Numbered from the stretch's first letter, positions 1 through 9,642 are shown. The stretch: 64,000 nucleotides of DNA from Deltaproteobacteria bacterium (GCA_016930775.1 JAFGGB010000087.1:405-64404), one strand, 5' to 3'. The notes: generated by a model not told the origin, from the letters alone. Made by a program: numbers and translations.

Positions 1-832
1 TGACCTTTCCGGCAAGCATTTCCACTTCCGTTTTTCTCCGGGCCTCCATATCCTGGAGCATGGACGTTTTACCTCCCGGAGAAAGCCGCGCCAGGAATTT
101 AAACCATTCATCTATATCTTCGTGTGTTATGGCAATCCCTCTTCGATCGGCTATCTCTACGACTTCCCCCATGGCGGATTCCATGAGCTCCCGGGCGTAG
201 CATGATTCCCTAAAAGCGCCGTAGGCCGCCCTGAGAACGGCGGAAGCCTGATTGATCCCCACATTTATCATGAACTTCCACCAGAGGATGCGAATCATAT
301 CGACAGGTATATCAGAGACAATGCCTGCAGAATCGAAGAGTTGTTTCACAGACAGCACAGCTTCGTCGGGCGGACTGTTCCGGTCCCGGCCGAAAAACAG
401 TTTGCCCGGCGTTGTATAGGTCAACGCGTTCCCCGCCCGTACGGCATCGATTCCCACGGCCACGCCGTAGAGCGCCTTCCCGGGGCCATAAACCGCTCCG
501 ATCCGCTCTTCGCTGTCGATGCCATTCATAACCGAAAGGATAAGGGTGTCGGGGCCGACAAGGCCCTTCATATTTTTAATGGCCTCGTCAAGATCGTGAT
601 ACTTCACTGCCGCAATAATCAGGTCAGCCGGTTCGACGTCCTCTCCCGGGTCAACGATCGGCAGACGGTATGATCGGCCGTTGATGATCAGGCCCCGGGA
701 CATGAGACGCTGCCTCCGTTCACCGCAGGCACAAATCAGAACTTTGCATGCATCGGAGTCGTACAGACGGCCGGCATAGAAACTGCCCATCGCGCCGGCG
801 CCGATAATTGCCGCTGTTTTTAACTTCCTCAT
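1..832 (-). CDS. panE: 2-dehydropantoate 2-reductase (ApbA/PanE family), 3' end beyond window edge
   Basis: The minus-strand frame is open from the ATG at 832-830 to position 1. It is absent from the ORF track because it has no stop in the window. My translation MRKLKTAAIIGAGAMGSFYAGRL... has an N-terminal GxGxxG Rossmann motif. It also has WWKFMINVGINQ and KTSMLQDMEARRKTEVE, which are typical of ketopantoate reductases. Confidence 0.8.
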   Translation of the reverse strand, partial: MRKLKTAAIIGAGAMGSFYAGRLYDSDACKVLICACGERRQRLMSRGLIINGRSYRLPIVDPGEDVEPADLIIAAVKYHDLDEAIKNMKGLVGPDTLILSVMNGIDSEERIGAVYGPGKALYGVAVGIDAVRAGNALTYTTPGKLFFGRDRNSPPDEAVLSVKQLFDSAGIVSDIPVDMIRILWWKFMINVGINQASAVLRAAYGAFRESCYARELMESAMGEVVEIADRRGIAITHEDIDEWFKFLARLSPGGKTSMLQDMEARRKTEVEMLAGKV

Positions 833-1355
833 GCAGATACGATCCTTTCGTTATCAGATGTGCTGACTATACGCGCTCCTTCACCGCAGACGTCGCAGGT
901 CCATGCTATCACAGGACGATGGGACCATCATCTGATTTCACTGCTCGCCATTCTCGGCGCTGCTCTGAATCGGCGCGGCGCCGTTCAAAGATTGAACTGC
1001 CCGTAGAAGGAGGTTTCGGAAGAATCCGGATAAAAAGCGGCCTTCTTACGATGGAATCGGGAAAGGTTTGTTGCAAGCTTGTATGTGAAACAGATCTTTT
1101 TACCGACCATGTCGAGGCTATGAAGGATGACGATGGACACACTGCAATGCAGGATCACCTGCTATACGGTGCAGTCCCAGAAAATTATTGTTCTATATTG
1201 CAACAGGTTGCATTACATCAAGTCCATCTGGGACTTCTGGAGCAAACGCTGAAGGCGTTGCTGCCTTTGAAAATCCCCTACCGGAAGAAAAGGCAACGAA
1301 GACCTCACGGGATCGATTAACGCGTCTTGAAAAAAGCAGGACGGAGAAGCCGCTG

Positions 1356-1727
1356 CTAGGCCTGTTTGGGCTGTTCATCCCCTTCCTTCGGGGCCTTTTT
1401 CTTCTCAGTTTTTGCTTTCTTCTTCTGCGGGGCCTTGCTTTCAGCGGGCTCCTCAGCGGCGGGCTTCTTTTCCTTGAGAGCCTTTTCGGCCTCCGCCTTG
1501 GCTGCCTTGTGGGCTGCCAGTTCCTCGCCTCTTTTTTCTACGGCCATGATCGCCTTGATCTGCCTGGCGCCCTCTCGCATGTGCGACTTGATTTCCTTAA
1601 TCGTGGCGTCCTTGGCGATGGCCTTCTCATCGATTCCTCGGCCGGCAAGCATCGCCGTCCGTTCCTTCAGTTTATCCGCCCATCGGGCCCTCTGGGCCTC
1701 TCTAACGGTCTTGTCCTTCGATGCCAT
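1356..1727 (-). CDS. small Lys/Ala/Glu-rich basic protein, function unknown
   Basis: Part of track ORF 1356..1778. I prefer the internal ATG at 1727 (MASKDKTVREAQ...) because AAGGAG lies 6 nt upstream. The C-terminal half is a low-complexity K/A/E/P tail (KKKAKTEKKKAPKEGDEQPKQA) resembling histone-H1-like tails. I recognise no family. Confidence 0.55.
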   Translation of the reverse strand: MASKDKTVREAQRARWADKLKERTAMLAGRGIDEKAIAKDATIKEIKSHMREGARQIKAIMAVEKRGEELAAHKAAKAEAEKALKEKKPAAEEPAESKAPQKKKAKTEKKKAPKEGDEQPKQA

Positions 1728-1947
1728 ATCTGCTCCTTCTCCCCGGTTCGCTTGACGGCGCCCACTATCGCTTTTCAAGCCGGGGCGCCCTGCCGGCTCT
1801 ATGGATTGAGGCCGAAACCCCTTCCGTCATAGGCCGATGTGCCGGGATACTTAGCACACACGAATGGTTCTATCAAGGCGGATTTTCGCTGAGGCGAGCA
1901 GAATAGTTTCTAATGACGCGATCCCAGGCCGTACAAATGGATATTAA

Positions 1948-1969
1948 AGAACCTTGGTTCTTTTTTTTT
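1948..1969 (+). terminator. intrinsic-terminator-like hairpin plus T9 run, with no upstream + strand gene
   Basis: AGAACCTTGGTTCT palindrome (1948-1961) followed by TTTTTTTTT, then TTGACA at 1971-1976. Confidence 0.35.
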
Positions 1970-2242
1970 CTTGACAAATATGAGTAGGGAGAGTAGAAGC
2001 AGCGATTCCCGAGGACGAGTCGGAGGCGTGGTTTCTCCACCTCTTCGAATACCCCCTTACCCCTTGACAGACGATGCGGCAGGACAACGGGAGCTCGCTC
2101 TCCGGTACCGGAGTTCATGGCTTTTTTATAGTGCCATTACAGGCACTCCGGCAGGACGTCTTGCGCGATTAAGACAAAATGCTGCCGGGAAGGCCGCAAG
2201 GAAAGCACTATTATCGAAAAGAAGTTTAATGAGAGAGACACG

Positions 2243-4330
2243 ATGATTCGAGACATCACCAAAGTACGGAATATCGGCATCAGCGCCCATATCGATTCAG
2301 GCAAGACAACTCTGACGGAACGGATACTCTTCTACACAAAGCGGATCCACGCCATTCACGACGTTAAGGGAAAAGACGGCGTCGGCGCCACGATGGATTC
2401 CATGGATCTCGAAAAAGAACGGGGCATTACAATTACGTCCGCAGCGACGTACTGCCAATGGCTCGGTCACGAAATCAATATAATAGATACGCCGGGCCAC
2501 GTAGATTTCACCGTGGAGGTGGAACGATCTCTCAGGGTTCTCGACGGAGCAATCCTTGTGCTCTGCGCCGTCGGCGGCGTTCAGTCGCAGTCCATCACCG
2601 TGGATACGCAAATGAAACGGTACGGCGTTCCCTGCATCGCCTTTGTCAATAAATGCGACCGCAACGGCGCCAATCCCCTTCGGGTGACAGAGCAACTCAG
2701 GTCCAAGCTCGGTCACAACGCCGTAGCCCTGCAACTGCCCATCGGCCTGGAACATTCCTTCCGGGGCGTGGTAGATGTCCTTTCAATGACGGCCTACACT
2801 TTCGAAGGCGATTTCGGCGAAGAGGTGCGGCAGATTGATATTCCCGCAGAAATGAAGGCCGAGGCGCAGCGCCAGAGGGAAAAAGTCATCGACGCAGCTT
2901 CTCTCTTTTCGGATGAACTGACCGAGGCAATTCTCGAAGAACGCGAAATATCCAACGATCTCATAATCGAAGCGCTGCGTACCGGAACCCTGGCCCGGAA
3001 AATCACTCCCGTCCTCATGGGATCGGCATACAAGAACAAGGGCATCCAGATCCTCCTTGACGCCGTGACCCGGTATCTTCCGGCCCCTTGCGATGTGGAT
3101 AATCAGGCGGTGGATCTTGACAACAACAATGCTCCCGTAAAACTCTCAGGCAACCCGGACGAACCGATCGTGTCCCTGGCATTTAAACTTGAGGACGGTC
3201 TCTACGGCCAGCTCACGTACATCCGGGTTTACCAGGGCACTGTGGCGAAAGGCGCCACCGTTGTTAATTCCAGGACGGGCAGAAAGATAAAAATCGGTCG
3301 AGTTGTAAGGATGCACGCCGATCAGATGGAAGACATCGATTCAATCCCTGCCGGCTACATAGGCGCCCTCTTCGGCATTGAGTGCGCCTCCGGAGACACC
3401 TTCGCAAGCCAGGAAGTCAACTACGCCATGACGGCGATGCATGTGCCCGAACCGGTGATTTCACTGGCCATCATTCCCAAGGACAACAAGTCTCAGATAA
3501 ACATGTCGAAGGCCTTGAACCGATTCACAAAAGAAGATCCGACATTCCGAACCAAGGTGGACGATGAGACGAGCGAAACGATCATCGAGGGAATGGGGGA
3601 ACTCCACCTGGAAATTTACGTGGAACGAATGAGGCGCGAATACGGCTGCGAAGTCACTACGGGAACTCCCCGGGTTGCATACCGCGAAACTATCACTCAG
3701 CGGGCAGATTTCAACTATACTCACAAGAAGCAGACCGGCGGTTCGGGACAGTATGGCCGAGTGGCGGGTTATATCGAACCATTTCCCGACGGCGACTTCG
3801 AATTCGTCAACGAAATCAGGGGCGGCGTCATACCGACCCAATTCATTCCTGCCTGTGAGAAAGGTTTTAAAAGCGCCATTGTCAAGGGCCCCCTCCTGGA
3901 GTTTCCCATTACGGGGATCCGGGCGGTCATTAACGACGGCGCCTTCCATAGTGTCGATTCCTCGGACATGGCTTTCCAGGCAGCAGCGGCGGGCGCTTTC
4001 AGAGAGGTCTTTGGAAAGGCCAAGCCGGTGATTCACGAACCGATCATGAAGGTTGCCGTGGAGACTCCCTCTGACTTCCATGGCGCAGTCATGGGACTTC
4101 TGAACCAGCGGCGAGGCATGATTCTGGGCGCACAGGACGAAGGCCTCTTCTCCGTCATAGAATCGCAGGTTCCTCTGGCGGAGATGTTCGGATTCTCCAC
4201 AGTTCTCAGATCGGCCACGCAGGGGCAGGCCCAGTTCACCATGGAGTTCGCACAGTATCGGCAGGTCCCGCAATCCGTAGCGGAGGAACTGACGGCCAAG
4301 GCCGCCAAACAGAAGCGGAGCGCCGCCTGA
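2243..4330 (+). CDS. fusA: elongation factor G paralog (translational GTPase), stand-alone
   Basis: 695-aa ORF. G1 motif [17 protein letters not shown] and NKCD, plus the full EF-G domain order through the C-terminal [19 protein letters not shown]. It is not in an rpsL-rpsG-fusA-tuf context, so it is probably a second EF-G copy. Confidence 0.9.
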   Translation: MIRDITKVRNIGISAHIDSGKTTLTERILFYTKRIHAIHDVKGKDGVGATMDSMDLEKERGITITSAATYCQWLGHEINIIDTPGHVDFTVEVERSLRVLDGAILVLCAVGGVQSQSITVDTQMKRYGVPCIAFVNKCDRNGANPLRVTEQLRSKLGHNAVALQLPIGLEHSFRGVVDVLSMTAYTFEGDFGEEVRQIDIPAEMKAEAQRQREKVIDAASLFSDELTEAILEEREISNDLIIEALRTGTLARKITPVLMGSAYKNKGIQILLDAVTRYLPAPCDVDNQAVDLDNNNAPVKLSGNPDEPIVSLAFKLEDGLYGQLTYIRVYQGTVAKGATVVNSRTGRKIKIGRVVRMHADQMEDIDSIPAGYIGALFGIECASGDTFASQEVNYAMTAMHVPEPVISLAIIPKDNKSQINMSKALNRFTKEDPTFRTKVDDETSETIIEGMGELHLEIYVERMRREYGCEVTTGTPRVAYRETITQRADFNYTHKKQTGGSGQYGRVAGYIEPFPDGDFEFVNEIRGGVIPTQFIPACEKGFKSAIVKGPLLEFPITGIRAVINDGAFHSVDSSDMAFQAAAAGAFREVFGKAKPVIHEPIMKVAVETPSDFHGAVMGLLNQRRGMILGAQDEGLFSVIESQVPLAEMFGFSTVLRSATQGQAQFTMEFAQYRQVPQSVAEELTAKAAKQKRSAA

Positions 4331-4418
4331 GAGAAGGGTGGGGGCGCCTGTGCCCGTGGCGATTCAGAGAAGTCATGGTTTAGCCCGTGTTTATCTCCTC
4401 AGAGAGAGGTACATAGAA

Positions 4419-5120
4419 ATGTTGAAGAAAGACCTCATTATCAAAAATCCACTTAGTCAGGGAGACGACGGTGGGGAGGATCTTCTGGTTCCCGGCGGAT
4501 TCGGCGCCGTGTTGTCGCGGGCCGGTGTCGGCAAGACGGCCCTGGTCGTTCAGATAGCCCTCACGAGCATGCTGCGAAATAAAAATGTCCTGCACATCAG
4601 CCTCAACGACCCCATAGACAAGGTCACCCTCTGGTACCGGGATCTCTTTGGGAAACTTGCACAGCGCTACCATGTGGAATTTGTAGAACAGCTCTGGCAG
4701 GACATCCTCCGTCGCCGGCTCATCATGACCTTCCGGGTCATGGGATTCAGTGTGCCTAAACTGGAAGAACGGCTTTCCGACATGGTTAATCAGGGCATCT
4801 TCTCTCCGGCCGTTATCGTAATTGACGGATTTGATTTCGCCAAGGCGGAACTCCAGCAGCTGGAAGATTTGAAAAGCCTGGCCCGCTCCTTCGGCGCCAG
4901 CGCATGGTTCACCGTTCCTACCCATCGCGATGAACTGTTGTCCACCGACGGATTGCCGCTGGCCTTTTCAGCGGCAGCCGGTCTTTTCGACATCGCCTAC
5001 GAGCTGAAGGCGGTGGGATCCGATGTACATATTTCAATCCTTAAGAGAGTCTCAGGAGTGCCCTCCGGCAGAGCGCTCCGATTGGATCCCGAAACGCTTC
5101 TCATTACTGAAGAGACCTAA
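4419..5120 (+). CDS. KaiC/RecA-superfamily ATPase-like protein (single domain)
   Basis: Track ORF 4338..5120. I prefer the ATG at 4419 (MLKKDL...), which is preceded by GAGAGAGG. P-loop-like SRAGVGKTA and Walker-B-like AVIVIDGFD fit a RecA/KaiC/DnaB-C fold. Function is unknown. Confidence 0.55.
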   Translation: MLKKDLIIKNPLSQGDDGGEDLLVPGGFGAVLSRAGVGKTALVVQIALTSMLRNKNVLHISLNDPIDKVTLWYRDLFGKLAQRYHVEFVEQLWQDILRRRLIMTFRVMGFSVPKLEERLSDMVNQGIFSPAVIVIDGFDFAKAELQQLEDLKSLARSFGASAWFTVPTHRDELLSTDGLPLAFSAAAGLFDIAYELKAVGSDVHISILKRVSGVPSGRALRLDPETLLITEET

Positions 5121-5184
5121 GCCCGCAAAAGAACGCTCGGTGCATGGGCCTGCAGTCGATAGCCGGTTCTGCACAGAACGTTCT

Positions 5185-5994
5185 TCAGGCAGCCTTGCGG
5201 ACCTCCCTTATGAAATCATAGGCTTCTTTGATTTTCCTGGTCTTCTCACTGGCCAGCCTGATCATTTCCTCGGGCAGACCTTTCGATACGAGCTTGTCGG
5301 GGTGATGTTGATTCATGAGCCTTCTGAATGCCTTTTTGATATCCTCATCGCTGGCCGATTCTGGAATCCCCAGCACGGAATAGGCATTCTTGATCCGTGC
5401 GGAAGGCGACTCCTCGACAGCGCCGGAGCGAAGTCGCGAGTATCGCTCTTGGGCCATAATCATTGTAAGCAGCCGTTCGAACTCGGCACGGGGGTAGCTC
5501 AGACGATCGCTGATGAACACGAGGATTCGGCGCTCTTCGTCATGAATCGCGCCATCGGCGACAACTGTCAGGATCATAATCTCTAGGAACATCTGAATCA
5601 GACTGAATCTTCTCTGGCAGATCCGGCGAAATTGGTCCAGCACGTCCTCTAAGGGAAAATCATCGCTTTTACCGCGGTTGAACAGATTTACGGCCGCCCG
5701 GCGTTGCGCCGGTTGCAATTCCATGCGGTCCATGATCCGCTCGGCGATATTAATTTCTTCGGAGGACACTTGACCGTCAGCCTTCGCAAGATGGCCCATG
5801 ATAGAAAACACGGCCGTGAAAAAGGCCGTCTGAACCTCCTCGAAGTCCTCCGATCTAAAGGGACCTCCCCAACCGACTTGCTGAACGGAAGACTTGTCGA
5901 AACTGTGGCCTACAGCTGCACCGAGAAGCGCTCCCAGAGGACCTCCTATCATGAATCCGAATGTCCCGCCTATTAACTTGCCCCACCAACTCAT
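5185..5994 (-). CDS. djlA: co-chaperone DjlA (membrane-anchored J-domain protein with TerB-like central domain)
   Basis: N-terminus MSWWGKLIGGTFGFMIGGPLGALLG, then the central segment MGHLAKADGQVSSEEI, then a C-terminal J domain with the HPD motif (LMNQHHPDKLVSKGLPEEM). It is collinear with E. coli DjlA as I remember it. The start is moved to 5994 from the track's 6075. Confidence 0.9.
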   Translation of the reverse strand: MSWWGKLIGGTFGFMIGGPLGALLGAAVGHSFDKSSVQQVGWGGPFRSEDFEEVQTAFFTAVFSIMGHLAKADGQVSSEEINIAERIMDRMELQPAQRRAAVNLFNRGKSDDFPLEDVLDQFRRICQRRFSLIQMFLEIMILTVVADGAIHDEERRILVFISDRLSYPRAEFERLLTMIMAQERYSRLRSGAVEESPSARIKNAYSVLGIPESASDEDIKKAFRRLMNQHHPDKLVSKGLPEEMIRLASEKTRKIKEAYDFIREVRKAA

Positions 5995-6091
5995 CGTGCA
6001 AAAACTCCTTTGCGTATTCGTTGTCTGTTTGTTCATCCATACGGTTGGACCGCTCTCCCCGGCGATTTTATGCATGCCGGTCGGAGATGAA

Positions 6092-6766
6092 TCATTTTAC
6101 CGAAACATCGGCGCCTTCCCATTTCACGCCAAGAACCTTCAGGATCTCCCGGGCAAAATCCTTCTCAGGCAAAACCCCGACAATGGAATGGTCTTCATTA
6201 ATCACTGTGTGGGGAACGCCGCTGACATTGTATTTCACTGTAAGATGGGGATATTCGGAACTTTCGACAACATCGCCTCGAACATGGTCGCTGGCCATGG
6301 CGAACTGATGGACCATTCGAGCCGCGCTGGGACAATAGGGACATGCAGGCGATATGAAAACCTGAAGATGGGCCGGTGTGCCGATTGCAGAAATCATGGT
6401 CAGCGTCTCTTCCGAAAGTCCCGGAACGCCTTTGCTGATGCCGAGAATGTCCTGGATGAGCACAGTGAATTCGTAGCCCGATGGAATTCCGAAGAATCGT
6501 ATGCCATAATCCTTCGCTCCGAGAATAACTGTCGCCGGAATTTTGTCAACACCGTAGCGTTCCGCCTCGTTTGTATCGGCGACAAAATCGCGGATGGTCA
6601 GAGAAAGCTTATCGGAAAGCGCAGTCACTTCTTCGAGCATTGTTCTCGTGGTTTCACAAAACTGACATTCCGTCTCCTGGGTGAACAGTAGGAGCGTCAC
6701 CGGTTCCATCAGTCCCTGGAAGAGCTGTCGCAGCTTTTCCTTCTCGACATCTTTCAGAACGGCCAT
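6092..6766 (-). CDS. protein disulfide oxidoreductase, glutaredoxin-like, two thioredoxin folds
   Basis: 224 aa with two CxxC motifs (CQFC in the N-terminal half, CPYC in the C-terminal half). Length and layout match Pyrococcus/Thermotoga-type PDO. Confidence 0.75.
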   Translation of the reverse strand: MAVLKDVEKEKLRQLFQGLMEPVTLLLFTQETECQFCETTRTMLEEVTALSDKLSLTIRDFVADTNEAERYGVDKIPATVILGAKDYGIRFFGIPSGYEFTVLIQDILGISKGVPGLSEETLTMISAIGTPAHLQVFISPACPYCPSAARMVHQFAMASDHVRGDVVESSEYPHLTVKYNVSGVPHTVINEDHSIVGVLPEKDFAREILKVLGVKWEGADVSVK

Positions 6767-6801
6767 GTCAATCTCCTTTCCGGCGGTTATGCCCTGCGCT
6801 T

Positions 6802-7944
6802 CTAGATGAATCCCCTGGACAAAAGGTAATCGTATGCCGAGAGAGCCGCCTTGGCGCCCTCGCCGGCGGCGATAATGATTTGCTTGTAAGGAACGGTCGT
6901 TACATCCCCTGCGCCGAAGAATCCCGCCGTGCTGGTTCGACAGGAACAGTCGACGTTAATCTCGCCCGTTGCCGTTGTGTCCGCAACGTCCCGAAAGGCC
7001 TCGCTGTTGGGAACGAGACCAATTTCGATAAAGATCCCCTGGGCATCGATTTTTTTTGCATTTCCCGATAGACGATTTTTCACAACCACAGCCGTCGCCT
7101 GCCGGTCGCCCTCGATAAGGGAAACTTCATGATTGTCGAGGAATCTGACGGCCCCCGACTGACGAACCCTCTCCTGCAGGTATTCATCGGCCTGCCAGCC
7201 CTTAACGGCATTCACGAGGGTTACTGCAGCGCCGACCTTAAGGAGGTCCACGGCAGTCGTGAAAGCAGAGTTGCCTCCGCCGGCCACCACAACGGTCTTG
7301 CCTTTGAAGAAAGGCGCATCGCACGTGGCGCAGTAGGCGACGCCCCGTCCCAGAAATTCGCGTTCACCCGGAACATTGAGCGGCCGATGACGTTTTCCCG
7401 TTGCGGCAATGATTGTTTTCGCCACATATCGCCCCTCATCGACCGTGGTGACCCTAAACAATTCTCCCTCCCGGGAAACCGCCGTGACGGCGCCGCCCGT
7501 TTTTGCGGGTATCCCAAAAGCCCGGACATGCTCCGTGAACTGATTCACAAGATCTCTGCCGTTGACGCTCTGGAAGCCAAGCCAATTGTCGATTGCGGAG
7601 GTTTCACCAACCTGGCCGCCGAAGTCCTTCGTTACAAGTCCCAGGTTAAGCGTCTTCCTCGCCCCATACACGGCAGCGCTCATGGCGGCCGGACCGCCCC
7701 CGATGATCAGAAGATCGTAGGTCTCCCCGGTGGACAGTTCTTTCGATTCCTCAAAAACAGACGCATCAAGAGCAAAAGTCTCTATGTCCACAATAGGCCT
7801 CCCGGATTGCCGTGATACAGGGACCGGCCCTGTCAGAAACCGCCGGTCTGGTGGCATGTTACTATACCACAGGGAAAAGGACAGGCAAATTATGACAACG
7901 CAGACGATCCGGCAAACAAAAACGTGAAGCTTAAAAAAAATCAT
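6802..7944 (-). CDS. thioredoxin-reductase-like FAD/NAD(P)-dependent disulfide oxidoreductase
   Basis: DLLIIGGGPAAMSAAVY (FAD site), CATC redox pair, VVVAGGGNSA (NAD(P) site) and GFFGAGDV. The start is uncertain. The track start at 7944 adds a hydrophobic 29-aa N-terminus; an alternative ATG lies at 7857. Confidence 0.8.
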   Translation of the reverse strand: MIFFKLHVFVCRIVCVVIICLSFSLWYSNMPPDRRFLTGPVPVSRQSGRPIVDIETFALDASVFEESKELSTGETYDLLIIGGGPAAMSAAVYGARKTLNLGLVTKDFGGQVGETSAIDNWLGFQSVNGRDLVNQFTEHVRAFGIPAKTGGAVTAVSREGELFRVTTVDEGRYVAKTIIAATGKRHRPLNVPGEREFLGRGVAYCATCDAPFFKGKTVVVAGGGNSAFTTAVDLLKVGAAVTLVNAVKGWQADEYLQERVRQSGAVRFLDNHEVSLIEGDRQATAVVVKNRLSGNAKKIDAQGIFIEIGLVPNSEAFRDVADTTATGEINVDCSCRTSTAGFFGAGDVTTVPYKQIIIAAGEGAKAALSAYDYLLSRGFI

Positions 7945-8053
7945 TACGGCAATGTATCAAGAAGTCGGGGCAGAGAGGGTAAACCCTCAATCATCCAGGC
8001 GTCTCTTCCCCCCAGGTCTTCCTTTCCACATTTCTCAAGATCACTGGTCCGCT

Positions 8054-8305
8054 TTATTTGAGGCTCTTTTTGTTTGCTTCCTCGCTTGAGGTGTCCGGCA
8101 GGGTGCTGTTACGGTCGCCTTTCGGACAGGTGGTCATGCCAAGAATCTTGTAGAGCGGGCAGTATCCGATAATGGCTGTGAAAATCGGGACGAGGCCGAC
8201 AAGGCCCCACAGGCTCCCGTAGGCAAGCCCGATTCCTAAAACAAGAAGACCTGCCATGATTCGAAAAATACGATCTTTCTTTCCGACATTGCACTGCATG
8301 TTCAT
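8054..8305 (-). CDS. DUF2892 / YgaP-like small membrane protein
   Basis: MNMQCNVGKKDRIFRIMAGLLVLGIGL...IIGYCPLYKILG is the typical DUF2892 pattern. The ATG at 8305 is preceded by GGGAGGA. Confidence 0.7.
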   Translation of the reverse strand: MNMQCNVGKKDRIFRIMAGLLVLGIGLAYGSLWGLVGLVPIFTAIIGYCPLYKILGMTTCPKGDRNSTLPDTSSEEANKKSLK

Positions 8306-8453
8306 TCCTCCCGTTTCTCGATGCCTAATCCCTGCTGTTCCCGGGTCATACACGACGGAAGAGCTTCCTCATGCTCTCTCGGTGGAACCGTCAATTGAAT
8401 CGTAATATAATCACAGCATCCTTAACAGCTCAAACGACCCCTGATCCGGCCGG

Positions 8454-8930
8454 TTATCGAGCCTTGTCAGGCTCCTCTATCAACTGCAGGACACGAAGTT
8501 TGGCATCGATAAGCTGGCGATGTGCGACGCGCAGGAGCAATGCCATTTTGTGGGCAAGATAATCTTCGTGACTTTCCAGCTTGCCGTCGCTGTAGGCGAT
8601 GCGCCAGACATCTTCGATCAGTGCAATTTTTTCCTCAAGGCCGCATTCCTCGTTGACGCGCAGGGCAAACTGCCAGAGATCCACGCTCTCTGCCAGCTCC
8701 TTCTCGGCGGCCGAGATGAGTCCCTGGGCTCTCTCGCCGGAAAGACCGTATTTCCTTTGCAGGATTTCCGAAAGGGCCTTCTTTTCCTCGTTGCTGAAGC
8801 AGCCGTCAATCGTTGACATCTCCAGCAGAAGAGCCACGACGGGAAGGGAAGAATCGCGTCCGGATTCGCCTTCCCGCCCCGCTTTCTTCGGTGGGACGCC
8901 GCCTAACAGTCTTTTCAGCGTGTCGATCAT
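8454..8930 (-). CDS. TerB-family (tellurite-resistance TerB-like) protein
   Basis: The segments IDGCFSNEEKKALSEIL and AYSDGKLESHEDYLAHKMALLL show the TerB-like repeated D-G-x-x-x-x-E signature. The start is either 8930 or 8951. Confidence 0.65.
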   Translation of the reverse strand: MIDTLKRLLGGVPPKKAGREGESGRDSSLPVVALLLEMSTIDGCFSNEEKKALSEILQRKYGLSGERAQGLISAAEKELAESVDLWQFALRVNEECGLEEKIALIEDVWRIAYSDGKLESHEDYLAHKMALLLRVAHRQLIDAKLRVLQLIEEPDKAR

Positions 8931-9018
8931 TTCGAACGATCCTGTACCCAAGCTGGTCTTTGGTTGCTTTCAAAAAAGAGGTCGCCAAGAACAGTATCCA
9001 CTCTTTTTAAGGTTTCGA

Positions 9019-9475
9019 TCACGCCGCTTCGCAAGGACTGAGATCCATTTTCACCGCTTTTTCAACACCAGCGGCACCGCTGTCGAAGGCCTTTTTCACA
9101 GGAAGATCGCCATCCATTTGGCGTCGGAACATCTTCTCCACCGTAACCGACAGAATCGATCCGGCAGGAGCGGCGCACCCGCGCCCCTCTTCCATGAGGT
9201 CTCCGGGATAAACGACATTGCCTTTGCTCTTCGACATCTTATGGCCGTCAACGAGGAGATGCCCGCAGCGGATCGAAATAAATTATACCGCCGTGGCGAT
9301 AGGCTGCGTTTCCCTTCAGCAATTCTTCAATAATCTTCGCTGCACCCTCCACTGAACCGGAGGCTCTGCCCGGATAGTCGGGATTTTTGATTCCCGGAAC
9401 CCGCATGTCGCCGATGAAGACATCAGGGCATTCTGCAGCAGAAGCATTGAGTTCCTCCCCTCGAGGGATGCTCTT
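9019..9475 (-). pseudogene. decayed class-I aminoacyl-tRNA synthetase remnant, most like cysS
   Basis: Three collinear minus-strand fragments lie in two frames, with no start codon for the first. Fragment 1 is DMRVPGIKNPDYPGRASGSVEGAAKIIEELLKGNAAYRHGGIIYFD, resembling the CysRS PRATEHI...LIEKGHAY..GDVYFD region. Fragment 2 is HLLVDGHKMSKSKGNVV, the KMSKS loop. Fragment 3 is FRRQMDGDLPVKKAF, resembling the CysRS F..AMDDDFNTP.A motif. About 450 nt stand in for a ~1.4-kb gene. Confidence 0.5.
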
Positions 9476-9599
9476 TTATTGCCTATATATCAAAAAACGG
9501 AAACTCTCACAAAGTCATGTCAAATTTTCAGATCAAAAAAATTCAATTTTTTTCTGAAACTGACGATAGAATGGAAAACAAGGTCTATAGAATCATAAA

Positions 9600-9642
9600 C
9601 TGGGAGGATAAGTCGAGCGTCATCCCAGTGTGGCTTTTTTTT
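9600..9642 (+). terminator. hairpin plus T8 run in the MCP leader (terminator or attenuator-like)
   Basis: CTGGGAGGAT...ATCCCAG imperfect stem (9600-9628), then TGTGGC, then TTTTTTTT (9635-9642). It lies 30 nt upstream of the MCP ATG and has no upstream + strand gene. Confidence 0.3.

Noticed and set aside
808-1320. 170-aa + strand ORF (and 909-1142 on the minus strand) in the panE upstream spacer.
   Set aside because: No SD and no motifs, and its 5' end overlaps the panE start. I kept it only as an unexplained spacer in the findings.
3093-3101. Perfect DnaA box TGTGGATAA.
   Set aside because: It is a single isolated 9-mer inside the EF-G coding sequence, 30 kb from dnaA. This is expected by chance.
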